Shown: positions 1 to 9,855, counted from the first letter of the stretch. The stretch is 16,987 bases of DNA from Candidatus Asgardarchaeum abyssi (GCA_040225955.1 JBECUL010000046.1:1-16987), one strand, 5' to 3'. The notes: generated from the letters alone by a model not told the origin. Program-made: numbers and translations.

Positions 1-665
1 ATGATATCATTTGGTTTGGGATCCAAGATGTAACTAACTAAAATGGCTGGCAAACTTTGTGGAAAGTAAAGCCCCTTATAGTATTCCTTGAGACCTCTAA
101 GGTTTGGTGTTCTGTATATTGATTGGGTAACCTCTACCGCTATGCCCCTTCTTATCGAAAAAATCTCTTTATGATTCATTTTTGCTATACCTGAACCAAC
201 AAGATTTTCAGCTCTATCAAAAATGGATACATTATCTCCTCTATTAATAGGATCACATTTAATAACTCCCGGGGCATATAGATTACTTCCTAGAAAAACA
301 GATTCTGCAGCTATCTTATCAGCAATTATTTTCTTTCTGTATTCAGCTATCTCAAAGGGTCCTTTAACTTCAAAATAGATAACATTTTCTAATTTTTCAT
401 ATATCTTAAAATTAGTTGATGTTCCTTTTTCTATTTTACTAATAAGATCATTTATATCTTTCACTTTAAGTTTGTTAATTCTCAAAAAATATCTACTAGG
501 TGGTCTTTTTAAAGCTTCTACTACTTCAATTGCCTTTTTTTGATATGTGTTATAGATTTTAGCTATTACATCAATACTAAATTTAGTTTTACTTGCTATC
601 TCTTCTAAATCAGTTTCTAGCATATGTCCAACCGTTCTATTTTTATATCCGATTTTACTATTCAT
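1..665 (-). CDS. RsmB/NOP2-family RNA m5C methyltransferase with PUA domain (NSUN6-like tRNA C72 methyltransferase), 3'-truncated by window edge
   Basis: Manual translation from ATG 665 (alternative ATG 623) is open to the window edge: ...ALKRPPSRYFLRINKLK...IIADKIAAESVFLGSNLYAPGVIKCD (PUA)...GLYFPQSLPAILVSYILDPKPNDII. The last segment is the Q-S-x-x-x..L-D-P-x-P region that precedes the SAM-binding motif. Not in the ORF track because the stop lies outside the window. Confidence 0.85.
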   Translation of the reverse strand, partial: MNSKIGYKNRTVGHMLETDLEEIASKTKFSIDVIAKIYNTYQKKAIEVVEALKRPPSRYFLRINKLKVKDINDLISKIEKGTSTNFKIYEKLENVIYFEVKGPFEIAEYRKKIIADKIAAESVFLGSNLYAPGVIKCDPINRGDNVSIFDRAENLVGSGIAKMNHKEIFSIRRGIAVEVTQSIYRTPNLRGLKEYYKGLYFPQSLPAILVSYILDPKPNDI

Positions 666-734
666 GTTCAAAAAGTTTTGCCATGGATGATGACAACAAG
701 AAGTTTTATTACATATATATTTTAGGTGATCTCT

Positions 735-2171
735 ATGTCTCAAAAGAGACTTTTTGGTACATCTGGCTTACGTGGAATTGTAGGTATTAGCTTATTTCCA
801 GAAATGTTTTTAAAAATGGGTTTAGCATATGCGAATTTTTTAAAAAATAGTGGGCAGATCATTATTGGTTCGGATGTGAGGGCTTCTTCACCTGCATTTA
901 AATATGCTTTCATCTCAGGTTTATTAAGTGGTGGAATTGACGTTATCGATGTTGGTATCGCGCCCACGCCTGCGGTTTTATATGTATTGAAGGATACTGG
1001 TGCCGATGGAGCTGCTGTGATAACGGGAAGTCATGCGCCACCAGATATAAATGGACTTCTCATCTTTTTAGAAGATACTTCTGAAATTTATGGTGAATAT
1101 GAAGAAGAGCTCGAGAAGATATATCATTTAGATTCAAATAAGTTATATCCAAAGATAAATCAGCCTGGATTTCTTGAAGAGGAGGATTTCTTTGATATAT
1201 ACTTGGATGCTATACAAAATAGTGTAAATGTTAAAAAAATAGCAGGATATGAAATTGTAATTGATCCAGGAAATGGTGCTATGTCAAAAGTGATGGGTGA
1301 TATTTTAGAACTCTTAGATGTGAAAGTTATTAGAATTAATGATAATCCAAATGGAACTTTTCCCAATAGGGATCCATACCCTAGAAAAGAAAATTTAATT
1401 CAATTATCTCGGTTATCGGGGAAGCTTAACATATTAGGAGCTGCTACGGATGGTGATGGTGATAGAGTTATTTTTACTGATGAATCAGGACAAGTAGTAG
1501 AGGGAGACATAATTGGAACAATTTTTTCTATTGAAGAAATTAAAAAATCGAGATGTAAAGTTATAGTAACTCCAATAAATGCCTCAATGGTATTAGAAGA
1601 GGCAATTTCTAATTATGGTGGTAAAGTGATATATACCAAAGTAGGGCCTCCCGCCATAATTCAAGGTCTTAAGGAAAACAATGGTGTTTTTGGATTCGAA
1701 GAAACAGGAAAATATATATGGCCAAGGAATCTTTTTTATGGGGATGCTCTTCTTTCAACAGTAAAATTACTAGAACTTATAAGTAGAAAGAATGAATCTT
1801 TGAGCTCCATGATAAACTCTTTGCCTGTTTATTTTTCGTTTAAAAAAGCTATAAAATGCCCAGATGAGCTCAAACAGAAAGTTCTTGTTGAGATATTAAA
1901 TCATTGGAGTAAAAAAATAGAAAATAAGCAATTAAAGGATGTTAATATCATTCAAATTGATGGATTAAAAATACTATTTGAAAAAGAAAATATGTGGGTT
2001 CTATTTAGACCGTCAGGAACAGAGCCTGTATTCAGAGTTTACGTCAATGGAAAGATAAAAGAAAAATCTAAATCCTTATTTGATAAAAGCGTTCAACTTG
2101 TTAAGAATGTAATTTATAATCTAAAGAATAATGAAAATAAAAACAAAAATAAATCTTTATCATCCCCGTAA
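735..2171 (+). CDS. Alpha-D-phosphohexomutase (phosphomannomutase/phosphoglucomutase/GlmM-like)
   Basis: Motifs FGTSG, ITGSHAP (phosphoserine loop), DGDGDR (metal loop), GFEETG and RPSGTEP. The track's GTG start at 726 lies inside the SD-like AGGTGA (724-729), so ATG 735 is the likelier start. Confidence 0.92.
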   Translation: MSQKRLFGTSGLRGIVGISLFPEMFLKMGLAYANFLKNSGQIIIGSDVRASSPAFKYAFISGLLSGGIDVIDVGIAPTPAVLYVLKDTGADGAAVITGSHAPPDINGLLIFLEDTSEIYGEYEEELEKIYHLDSNKLYPKINQPGFLEEEDFFDIYLDAIQNSVNVKKIAGYEIVIDPGNGAMSKVMGDILELLDVKVIRINDNPNGTFPNRDPYPRKENLIQLSRLSGKLNILGAATDGDGDRVIFTDESGQVVEGDIIGTIFSIEEIKKSRCKVIVTPINASMVLEEAISNYGGKVIYTKVGPPAIIQGLKENNGVFGFEETGKYIWPRNLFYGDALLSTVKLLELISRKNESLSSMINSLPVYFSFKKAIKCPDELKQKVLVEILNHWSKKIENKQLKDVNIIQIDGLKILFEKENMWVLFRPSGTEPVFRVYVNGKIKEKSKSLFDKSVQLVKNVIYNLKNNENKNKNKSLSSP

Positions 2172-2240
2172 AATTAAAAAATAATATGGTGAAGATAAAT
2201 TCGTAGTAATTTAAAGTAATAATATATTACTTTATACTTT

Positions 2241-2326
2241 GCCGCGGTGGCCGAGTGGTTAAGGCGCGAGACTCGAGATCTCGTTCCGCTTTATGCGGAG
2301 CGCCGGTTCAAATCCGGCCCGCGGCG
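2241..2326 (+). tRNA. tRNA-Ser(CGA), intronless, CCA not encoded
   Basis: Acceptor GCCGCGG/CCGCGGC, anticodon arm CGAGA-CTCGAGA-TCTCG, long variable arm TCCGC-TTTAT-GCGGA, T-arm GCCGG-TTCAAAT-CCGGC, discriminator G. Confidence 0.96.
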
Positions 2327-2388
2327 TTAAACAATATTATCTTTGACTATGATATCATTTGAAATTACTAATAGGCAGTGGTGATTTT

Positions 2389-2457
2389 ATGAGAGCAAAG
2401 TGGAAGAAAAAACGACGAAGACGTTTAAAAAGAAAATTAAAGAGAAGAAAGAAATAG
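2389..2457 (+). CDS. rpl41e: Ribosomal protein eL41 (L41e/eS32), 22 aa
   Basis: Translates MRAKWKKKRRRRLKRKLKRRKK*, compared with eukaryotic eL41 MRAKWRKKRMRRLKRKRR. SD-like GGTGA at 2380-2384. Below the ORF-track cutoff. Confidence 0.9.
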   Translation: MRAKWKKKRRRRLKRKLKRRKK

Positions 2458-2458
2458 C

Positions 2459-2466
2459 TTTATATA
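2459..2466 (+). promoter_or_regulatory. Putative TATA box for rps30e
   Basis: TTTATATA preceded by a purine-rich BRE-like stretch, about 35 nt upstream of ATG 2501. SD GAGGTG at about 2488-2493. Confidence 0.45.
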
Positions 2467-2500
2467 CTAAATAATCAAAAGTGTTTTGAGGTGTATAAAA

Positions 2501-2662
2501 ATGCCAGGTTCGCACGGTTCTCTTACGAAGGCAGGAAAAGTAAGGGCTCAAACTCCTAAGGTAGAAGGTAGGCCACATATTCATCCCATTCCAAGAGTAA
2601 GAAATAAACGAAATTATATTAAGAGAGTAATTCTTGGTAAAAAAGTAGGACAGCCAGCATAA
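2501..2662 (+). CDS. rps30e: Ribosomal protein eS30 (S30e), 53 aa
   Basis: Translates [53 protein letters not shown]. HGSLxKAGKVRxQTPK is the S30e signature. Confidence 0.96.
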   Translation: MPGSHGSLTKAGKVRAQTPKVEGRPHIHPIPRVRNKRNYIKRVILGKKVGQPA

Positions 2663-2665
2663 TAT

Positions 2666-2980
2666 CTATTTCTCTCTGTTCATGCTAAGTTGCTCAAAAA
2701 TTTCTATTAGGCTCTTTATAGCTTTTCCTATCACATTTTCATCTTTAAAACGATATATTCTTATTCGTCCAAATCTTTTTTCTTCGATTAAATCTATGCT
2801 TTTTAAAAAATCCAAATGTTTTTTTACTGTAGAAAAATTTAAGTTTACTTGTCTTATAATTTCGGAAATATTAAGCTCTGATTGCTTTGCAAGCAGCACA
2901 AGCAATCTAGTTCTACCTTTTGATGAGAACAGCTCCTCAATTAGTTTATATTTTTCTCTACTAAATGAATTTTTAATCAT
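2666..2980 (-). CDS. ArsR-like winged-helix DNA-binding protein
   Basis: LFSSKGRTRLLVLL...LNISEIIRQVNLNFSTVKKHLDFLKSIDLIEEKRFGRIRIYRF is an HTH plus wing. 4-bp ATGA overlap with the cdc6 stop. Confidence 0.85.
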   Translation of the reverse strand: MIKNSFSREKYKLIEELFSSKGRTRLLVLLAKQSELNISEIIRQVNLNFSTVKKHLDFLKSIDLIEEKRFGRIRIYRFKDENVIGKAIKSLIEIFEQLSMNREK

Positions 2981-4185
2981 AAAGATCCCTCTCTTAATGA
3001 TGATAATAATATTTTTTCTATAGTTTCTGCTGGAACGTCCTCTAATGATATCAGAGTCGTTTTTCCTCTATAACCACTGCCAGATCTCTTACTTCTTATG
3101 TATCCAAGCTCTGTCAGTTCATTCACATACTTCCAAAGTTGTGTATGTTTAACTGGCTGTATTTCAAATTCTTCACATATTAGTTTGTATTCTCTCTTTA
3201 ACTCCCCCGTTGTAATATATGCTCTTTTCTTATTCCGTAAAAATTTAGCAATTGCAAATAATATTAATTTTTGTTGTAAAGGAAGCATGTATATATCATC
3301 ATATGCGATATTAGGACATATATCTGACTGGGCTTTTCTTACATGCTCAGGTGTAATAATTTCCGAACATTCCAACTCGGCATACTTCCCAGCCCTCCAA
3401 AGTAAATCTATTGCATATCTCGCATCTCCTTTTGATGAAGCAAGATCAGATATTAATTTTATTGTTTCACCTTTTACTACTCCATCAAAAAAGGCATCCT
3501 TAACTCTCATTTTTAGAATATCATAAAGTTGGTTAGCAGAATATGGTTTTAAATTAATAATATTATGCTGTAAAGTGCTTGATGTGCTCTTATCTAGAAA
3601 TAAATGAACCGATACATCTCTGACTATTAAAATTAAAGATAGCCTTTCTATTGGATTCAATTTTGTATCATTTAATCTGGTTAATCTGTAAATTAAATCA
3701 GGACCTTGAAGCCTAATAGTATAATCTACTTCATCTAATGCTGTTATTAAAAATAAGTTCTCTTTTTCTAAGACATCTAGCATTACTTCATATAGTTCAT
3801 TGGTAGAAAGTCCTCTATCAGGCAGTGATGGTAAAAGCTCTTTAAGAATTGTTTTTAGAATCATATATTCTTTTCTCGCCAATCTACAGTTCACATGTAT
3901 ATATCTTAGATTAATCCCAATATTACTTGCATAATTTTGTAATCTATTCCCAAATAATTTAGAAACGGCAGTTTTCCCAACTCCCACACTACCTGTTATT
4001 ATGACATTTTTAGATATTTTCCCTGGGAATCTTATTACTGTATGAAATAATCTTGCTAAGAATCTCAGCTCCTTTTCACGATGAGGAAGATAAAATGGAA
4101 CATAATCAATAGATAGTTTACTCTCATCTTTAAAAATACCTGAAGTTCTTTTTAACTCATCAATGATAATGTCCTTTCTATACAT
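2977..4185 (-). CDS. cdc6: Orc1/Cdc6 replication initiator (AAA+ plus C-terminal wHTH)
   Basis: N-terminal IFKDESKLSIDYVPxxLPHRE, Walker A GSVGVGKT, HVNC, Walker B ALDEVD, GDARYAIDLL, and a wHTH ending GYRGKT. Confidence 0.96.
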   Translation of the reverse strand: MYRKDIIIDELKRTSGIFKDESKLSIDYVPFYLPHREKELRFLARLFHTVIRFPGKISKNVIITGSVGVGKTAVSKLFGNRLQNYASNIGINLRYIHVNCRLARKEYMILKTILKELLPSLPDRGLSTNELYEVMLDVLEKENLFLITALDEVDYTIRLQGPDLIYRLTRLNDTKLNPIERLSLILIVRDVSVHLFLDKSTSSTLQHNIINLKPYSANQLYDILKMRVKDAFFDGVVKGETIKLISDLASSKGDARYAIDLLWRAGKYAELECSEIITPEHVRKAQSDICPNIAYDDIYMLPLQQKLILFAIAKFLRNKKRAYITTGELKREYKLICEEFEIQPVKHTQLWKYVNELTELGYIRSKRSGSGYRGKTTLISLEDVPAETIEKILLSSLREGSL

Positions 4186-4287
4186 TTTAACTCATCTACA
4201 AAAACTATATGAAAAATAAGTTTTATATTTTTTGGATAAAAGTACATTAGATTGTACTAATATACATAGAGTAAAGTGAAAGTATTC

Positions 4288-5796
4288 TTAAGAAAACTTT
4301 ATAGAATTTATCTGGAATGTTTTTAAGTTGACCACTGTAACAATTCCAGGCGTAGGGTCGATTCCACTTAATCTTTGATAATCTGTTTGAGCTTGAAAAC
4401 AACCACTATTTATTATAATAACATTTCTGTATTTGCCTATACCATTTACATGAAGATGTCCCATATGAAAAATCTCTGGTATCTCTTCAATTACTAATGG
4501 ATCGTCCTCGCATGGTGCAATGGGCGTTTTCCCCCCCCAGATTGGTGCTAAGTGTCTTACTTTTAGTAGATACATCATAATTCTTTCAGGTTTATTAACT
4601 TTAAGATTCGGAACAGCACTCATAATATCCTCAAGACTTCTTCCATGAGCCATTAATACTCTAACGTTATTTATCTCAATAAGTGATGGATTCCCTAACA
4701 TTATCACATTTTTCATTTTATATAAAGCCTTTGCATATTCCTCTGGTATTTTTGGTTGGGGGAGTGCTTGAAGTGTAGGATCATGGTTTCCTGGGATTAT
4801 CACTATTTTTATATCTTTGGGAATTTCGGAAAGAAGATTCGCGGCATATTCATATTGCTCAAATATATCTTTTATTATGAGATCTTCATCCTGATTTGGA
4901 TAGACACCTATTCCATCAACAAGATCCCCACCTATGAGTAAAAATCCAATTTTGGAAGCTAAGTTCTTTAAATCCTCATTTCCATATTTTTGATTAATCC
5001 ATTTTAAGAAGTTCTTAAAGGGAGATTCAAGAAATTCTTTACTTCCTATATGAATATCTGAAATAAAAACAGCCGCTACATCATCGTCACTTTTTTTAAT
5101 AATTTTATTTGTAGGAATGTCTGGAAATTCAATTCCTTCCACCTTTAACAAATCTCGCCTTACAATATGCCCTTTTATAAGTACTACGGAATCAAGAATC
5201 GGTGGTGTTTTTTCAATAAGATACATATTGTTATTTAGAACTCCTTTGATCTCACCTGTTGAATCTTCAAGCGTAAGGATAATGTTTTTACCTTTATTAT
5301 CCGTTTTGATTTCTGTAATTATAGAAATTGTTCTCACTTCTTGCAAATTACCTCTTCTCTCATAATTCCTTTTAATTTCCTCTATAGTTAATATTCGCTT
5401 TGCATCAATTCTCTCTTCAAGGATTTTTCTTAATTTTTTAAATCTGCTATTGAAGTATTTAACAAATCCTTGAATAGAAGCTGTTTTGTATTTACATAAA
5501 CTAAAATCTCTAACTATAGATATATGGCATCTTTTTCTTATTTTATTTACTTCGCTAAAATTACCTTTTTCCTTAAACAAAAGAAAGTCCCTTAGCTTTT
5601 CTTTTGTTACTATTTTAATTTTCCTTTCTTCGAAAAATTGAATAATTTTATTTATTTCTATGCCTTGATAAATTAGATTTACAATAATGTCTAAAGCCTT
5701 TGGTGATACCTGTAACCCCTCTTTAAGAAAATATCTCACAATAGACGATTTTTCTCTTATTCTTACATTTTCCTCTGAAATACTCACCAATAACAC
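4288..5796 (-). CDS. polB: DNA polymerase D small (proofreading exonuclease) subunit DP1
   Basis: OB-fold region (LTLEDSTG) and intact calcineurin-like phosphoesterase motifs ISDIHIGS, GGDLVDGIGVYPNQ, PGNHD, AHG, GHLH, RHLAP. Exact start uncertain (5796, 5790 or 5787). Confidence 0.96.
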   Translation of the reverse strand: MLLVSISEENVRIREKSSIVRYFLKEGLQVSPKALDIIVNLIYQGIEINKIIQFFEERKIKIVTKEKLRDFLLFKEKGNFSEVNKIRKRCHISIVRDFSLCKYKTASIQGFVKYFNSRFKKLRKILEERIDAKRILTIEEIKRNYERRGNLQEVRTISIITEIKTDNKGKNIILTLEDSTGEIKGVLNNNMYLIEKTPPILDSVVLIKGHIVRRDLLKVEGIEFPDIPTNKIIKKSDDDVAAVFISDIHIGSKEFLESPFKNFLKWINQKYGNEDLKNLASKIGFLLIGGDLVDGIGVYPNQDEDLIIKDIFEQYEYAANLLSEIPKDIKIVIIPGNHDPTLQALPQPKIPEEYAKALYKMKNVIMLGNPSLIEINNVRVLMAHGRSLEDIMSAVPNLKVNKPERIMMYLLKVRHLAPIWGGKTPIAPCEDDPLVIEEIPEIFHMGHLHVNGIGKYRNVIIINSGCFQAQTDYQRLSGIDPTPGIVTVVNLKTFQINSIKFS

Positions 5797-6014
5797 CTTA
5801 GGGATTTATATGTTAATCATATTAATCATAAATATTCAAATTGTTACAAAACTACGATACATATCAGATTATAATAATTTTATTTTATATCCACATCACA
5901 TCTTCGCTTTTTCTCCACAATACATAATCACTCTAAATATTCATAAGTAAAAACATCAAAATTTCCATATAAATTAATACTTGTACTTTCTCATTCGATG
6001 AGGTGACCTGATAA

Positions 6015-6341
6015 ATGGTATCCTTTGAAAAATTTTTTCACATAATGAAGAAGATACTTAACAAAGAGATTCATGACCCATGGCCGTTATTTGAGAGATT
6101 GGATAGTAAAAGTAAAGATTATGCTTATATAGAAAAAATGGAACATCTTGGTAGAGTTTTATTAGTAAATTGTGGAGACTGTGATGGGCCATCATATATA
6201 GGTCATAAAACGTGTTTATTATGTATTAAAGATATATTACAAGAGATAAACCTTGATGGAAAAAAGAATCCCGATTATATAATTCTATCAAGAATAATTC
6301 CTACGTCGTCCATTAAAATATTTATAAAAGAGCATAAATGA
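6015..6341 (+). CDS. Small Cys4 (CxxC-x10-CxxC) putative metal-binding protein of unknown function
   Basis: 108-aa ORF with strong SD GAGGTGA (6000-6006) and motif VNCGDCDGPSYIGHKTCLLC. Directly upstream of and co-oriented with DP2. Confidence 0.75.
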   Translation: MVSFEKFFHIMKKILNKEIHDPWPLFERLDSKSKDYAYIEKMEHLGRVLLVNCGDCDGPSYIGHKTCLLCIKDILQEINLDGKKNPDYIILSRIIPTSSIKIFIKEHK

Positions 6342-6372
6342 GTGGCGTCGAGCATAATAATCGGTGATGTAT

Positions 6373-9300
6373 ATGAAATATCTCACAAAGGAATACATAG
6401 AAGAATCTATGAAAAGATACTTTTCCTATATTAAACAAAAAGTATATGAAGCATATAATATCGCAAGAGAAGCAAGAAAAAAAGGTTTAGATCCTAGTCA
6501 TGAGGTTGAAATAATTCCTGCCGCTGATGTAGCATCTAGAATAGAAGGTTTATTGGGTCCGCCTGGTATTGCTAAGAGAATAAATGAACTACTAGAAAGT
6601 ATGTCACGTGAGGAAGTTGCTTATAAAATAGCTGTAGAAATAGTATCTGGGAAACTTGGGAGTCTCTCTACTGAAAAAGCTGCGGATAAAGCTTTAAGAG
6701 TCGCACTTGCTATTTTGACTGAAGGAATTACCGCAGGTCCTTTAGAAGGAATAGCCCAAGTTAAGATAAAAGAAAACTTTGATGGAACAAAATATCTTGC
6801 AGTTTATTACTCAGGTCCTATTAGAGCAGCTGGAGGAACTGAAGCCGCACAAACAGTTGTAATCGCAGATTGTATAAGGCAAGCACTAGGCCTTGAAAAA
6901 TATAAACCAACAGCAGATGAAATAAATAGATATGTAGAGGAAATAGAGCTCTATGAACGAAGAGTAACTCATTTGCAATATTCTTCTAGTAGAGAAGAGA
7001 TAGAATTTGCTGTAAAAAATATTCCAGTTGAAATAACTGGCGAACCGACAGACCCTGTAGAAGTATCTGGGTATCGTAACTTACCTAGGGTTGAAACAAA
7101 TAGACTCCGTGGTGGTGCCATTCTAGTTTTAAATGATGGTATTATTGGTAGAGCGCATAAATTACAAAAGATAATAAAAGAATTAAAGATAACTGGATGG
7201 GATTGGCTAGATACACTCGTAGAGATGCGTAAGGAGGGGAACAGTGAAGAGAATGAAAATACGAAAAGTAAGGTAGGTCCAGATTATAAATATCTTTCAG
7301 ATGTTATTGCTGGTAGACCTGTTTTTTCACATCCTATGAGAATTGGTGGATTTAGACTTAGATATGGACGTTCACGTAACACTGGGCTTGCAGCCGTAGG
7401 CCTAAATCCAGTAACAATGTATGTTCTAGATGGATTTCTTGCACCTGGTACTCATATTAGAACGGAACGACCTGGTAAAGGAGCTATTGTTATGCCAGTT
7501 ACTACAATTGAAGGTCCTACAGTCCTTTTAAGTGATGGTTCTGTTGTAAAAGTAAATAAGCTTTCAGAGTTAAAAGAGCTTCTTAAGAAGAATCTCAAAG
7601 TGAAAAAAGTACTATATCTTGGAGACATTCTAATAGGATTTGGTGAGTTTTTAGAAAATAACCACATACTTTTGCCATCACCATACGTAGAAGAGTGGTG
7701 GATCTCAGATCTAGAAAGAAATTTTAAGAAGATACCCACTTCAAAAGTTCCGGAGGTTATACTAGAAAAAGTAAAGCGTTTATTGGAAAATCCATTTTAT
7801 GATGGTATATCCTTCGAAGAAGCATTTACTATATCGAAACTATATCAAGTCCCTTTGCATCCTAAATTTCTATATTATTGGAATATATTGCAACCTGATG
7901 ATGTTGTTTTACTGTACGATTTTCTTTTCCTTAACCGCGAATCTTTAGAAAAAAATAATGAAATACCACTTGATCTCAATATTAAGAATATTTTAGAGCG
8001 AGCTGGGATTCCTCATAGGCTGGATGATGAGAAAAAGAAAATCATATTTGATAATGACGTTTCTAGAATGCTTTTTACGGTTTTCTCTTTGTCATCAGAT
8101 AAAAAGTATTTTGATAAAAGTAGCTTGCAGTCAATGTCATCAATTGAAATTTTAAATAAAATTTCGCCAGTCTGTATACGCTCTAAAGGAGAAGTTTTTA
8201 TCGGCGCTAGAATGGGACGACCAGAAAAAGCAAAGCCTCGAAAAATGTCCCCTCCTGTTCATGGTCTTTTTCCAGTTGGTAGTGCGGGTGGTAAATCACG
8301 GGATATACTTGAGGCTATTAAAAAAGGGAAAATAGTAGTTGAAACATATACTAGAAAATGTACTACTTGTGGTCTATTAATTCCATTTCCAATATGCCCA
8401 GTTTGCAAAAACAAAACAGTTCCCATAAAATATTGTTCAGATTGTAAAATAATAGTAAATGAAGATAAGTGTCCAAAGTGTGGTAAGCCACTAAAAGAGT
8501 ACTCAAAAATGGAATTGGATATCAGAAAAATTTTTGAAACCTCCGAAAAAAGAGGTATTCTTATCAATAAATCAAAAATGCATGTAAAAGGAGTAAAAGG
8601 ATTATCAAGTGCTAAAAAAATACCTGAAATCTTAGATAAAGCGATCTTGCGAGCTAAATATAATATTTTCGTATTTAAGGATGGCACTGTTCGTTTTGAT
8701 GCTACAGATGCACCACTTACTCATTTTAGACCAAGAGAAATCGGTGCGTCTATAGAAACATTGAAAAAGTTAGGTTATACTCGTGATATTTACGGCGATC
8801 CATTAACATCTGAGGATCAAATTTTGGAGTTGAAGGTGCAAGATATAATAATTTCTAAACATGCGGGTGACTATTTACTTCGAGTTTCTAAGTTTATAGA
8901 CGAGTTATTAGAAAAAGTATACGGGCTACCATCATATTATAATTGTAATAAAAAAGAGGATCTTATAGGACACCTTGTTATCGGATTGGCACCTCACACA
9001 TCTGCAGGTATCATTGGAAGAATTATCGGCTTTACAAAATCTCAAGTCACCTTTGCACACCCATTCTGGCATGCGGCCAAGCGAAGGAATTGCGATGGTG
9101 ACGAAGATAGTATTATTCTACTACTTGATGGCTTTTTGAATTTTTCTAAATCATTTCTTCCAAAAAAAAGAGGAGGTACTATGGACGCTCCATTAGTTTT
9201 GACTATATATCTTAATCCATTTGAAGTCGATGATGAATCATGGAATCTTGATGTAATGAAACGATATCCCTATGAGTTTTATCAACTCACTCATAAGTTT

Positions 9301-9855
9301 GTATCTCCAAAGGAGGCACTTGAGTATATTGAAATAGCTGAAAAAAGATTAGGAACTCCTTTCCAATATGGCGGTTTTCTCTTCACCCACGATACGGATC
9401 AGATAGATATAGGTCCTGACGAAACTACCTACAAAAGACTTAAAACCATGACTGAGAAGGTAAATGCACAATTAAACTTAGCACAGAAAATAAATGCAGT
9501 GGATGTGTGTGACGTTGCTAGAAAAGTAGTTACTTCTCATTTTCTACCAGATATAATTGGAAGTTTAAGATCATTTTTAACACAATCTTTTCGATGCTTG
9601 AATTGTAATACAAAGTATAGAAGAGTCCCACTTTCTGGTACTTGCTTAAAGTGTGGAGGGAAAATCGCATTAACGGTACCAAAAGGCTCCGTAACTAAAT
9701 ATTTATCATTGGCTAAAAAAATAGCTGAAGATTACAACCTTGATACCTACCTAAAAGAACGATTATTAATGATAGAGAAAAATATAGAGGCGCTCTTTAA
9801 AGAACTATCTGAAGAAGAAACTAAAGCTCTCTCGTTAGAGGACTTCTTTTCATAG
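6373..9855 (+). CDS. polC: DNA polymerase D large catalytic subunit DP2, no obvious intein
   Basis: YYSGPIRAAGGT, RLRYGRSRNTG, GARMGRPEKAK, Zn-finger Cys clusters, catalytic HAAKRRNCDGDED, C-terminal CLNC/CLKC and a PIP-like LEDFF. The track's GTG 6364 lies in the SD GGTGA, so ATG 6373 is preferred. Confidence 0.97.
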   Translation: MKYLTKEYIEESMKRYFSYIKQKVYEAYNIAREARKKGLDPSHEVEIIPAADVASRIEGLLGPPGIAKRINELLESMSREEVAYKIAVEIVSGKLGSLSTEKAADKALRVALAILTEGITAGPLEGIAQVKIKENFDGTKYLAVYYSGPIRAAGGTEAAQTVVIADCIRQALGLEKYKPTADEINRYVEEIELYERRVTHLQYSSSREEIEFAVKNIPVEITGEPTDPVEVSGYRNLPRVETNRLRGGAILVLNDGIIGRAHKLQKIIKELKITGWDWLDTLVEMRKEGNSEENENTKSKVGPDYKYLSDVIAGRPVFSHPMRIGGFRLRYGRSRNTGLAAVGLNPVTMYVLDGFLAPGTHIRTERPGKGAIVMPVTTIEGPTVLLSDGSVVKVNKLSELKELLKKNLKVKKVLYLGDILIGFGEFLENNHILLPSPYVEEWWISDLERNFKKIPTSKVPEVILEKVKRLLENPFYDGISFEEAFTISKLYQVPLHPKFLYYWNILQPDDVVLLYDFLFLNRESLEKNNEIPLDLNIKNILERAGIPHRLDDEKKKIIFDNDVSRMLFTVFSLSSDKKYFDKSSLQSMSSIEILNKISPVCIRSKGEVFIGARMGRPEKAKPRKMSPPVHGLFPVGSAGGKSRDILEAIKKGKIVVETYTRKCTTCGLLIPFPICPVCKNKTVPIKYCSDCKIIVNEDKCPKCGKPLKEYSKMELDIRKIFETSEKRGILINKSKMHVKGVKGLSSAKKIPEILDKAILRAKYNIFVFKDGTVRFDATDAPLTHFRPREIGASIETLKKLGYTRDIYGDPLTSEDQILELKVQDIIISKHAGDYLLRVSKFIDELLEKVYGLPSYYNCNKKEDLIGHLVIGLAPHTSAGIIGRIIGFTKSQVTFAHPFWHAAKRRNCDGDEDSIILLLDGFLNFSKSFLPKKRGGTMDAPLVLTIYLNPFEVDDESWNLDVMKRYPYEFYQLTHKFVSPKEALEYIEIAEKRLGTPFQYGGFLFTHDTDQIDIGPDETTYKRLKTMTEKVNAQLNLAQKINAVDVCDVARKVVTSHFLPDIIGSLRSFLTQSFRCLNCNTKYRRVPLSGTCLKCGGKIALTVPKGSVTKYLSLAKKIAEDYNLDTYLKERLLMIEKNIEALFKELSEEETKALSLEDFFS

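Noticed and set aside
4186-6014. Canonical ORB elements/oriC call
   Set aside because: No repeated TCCA-N3-GAAA or G-string motifs were found by eye in either intergenic gap.
6373-9855. Intein in DP2 or Cdc6
   Set aside because: Lengths are normal, the catalytic motif is contiguous, and no intein splice-junction or LAGLIDADG signatures were seen.
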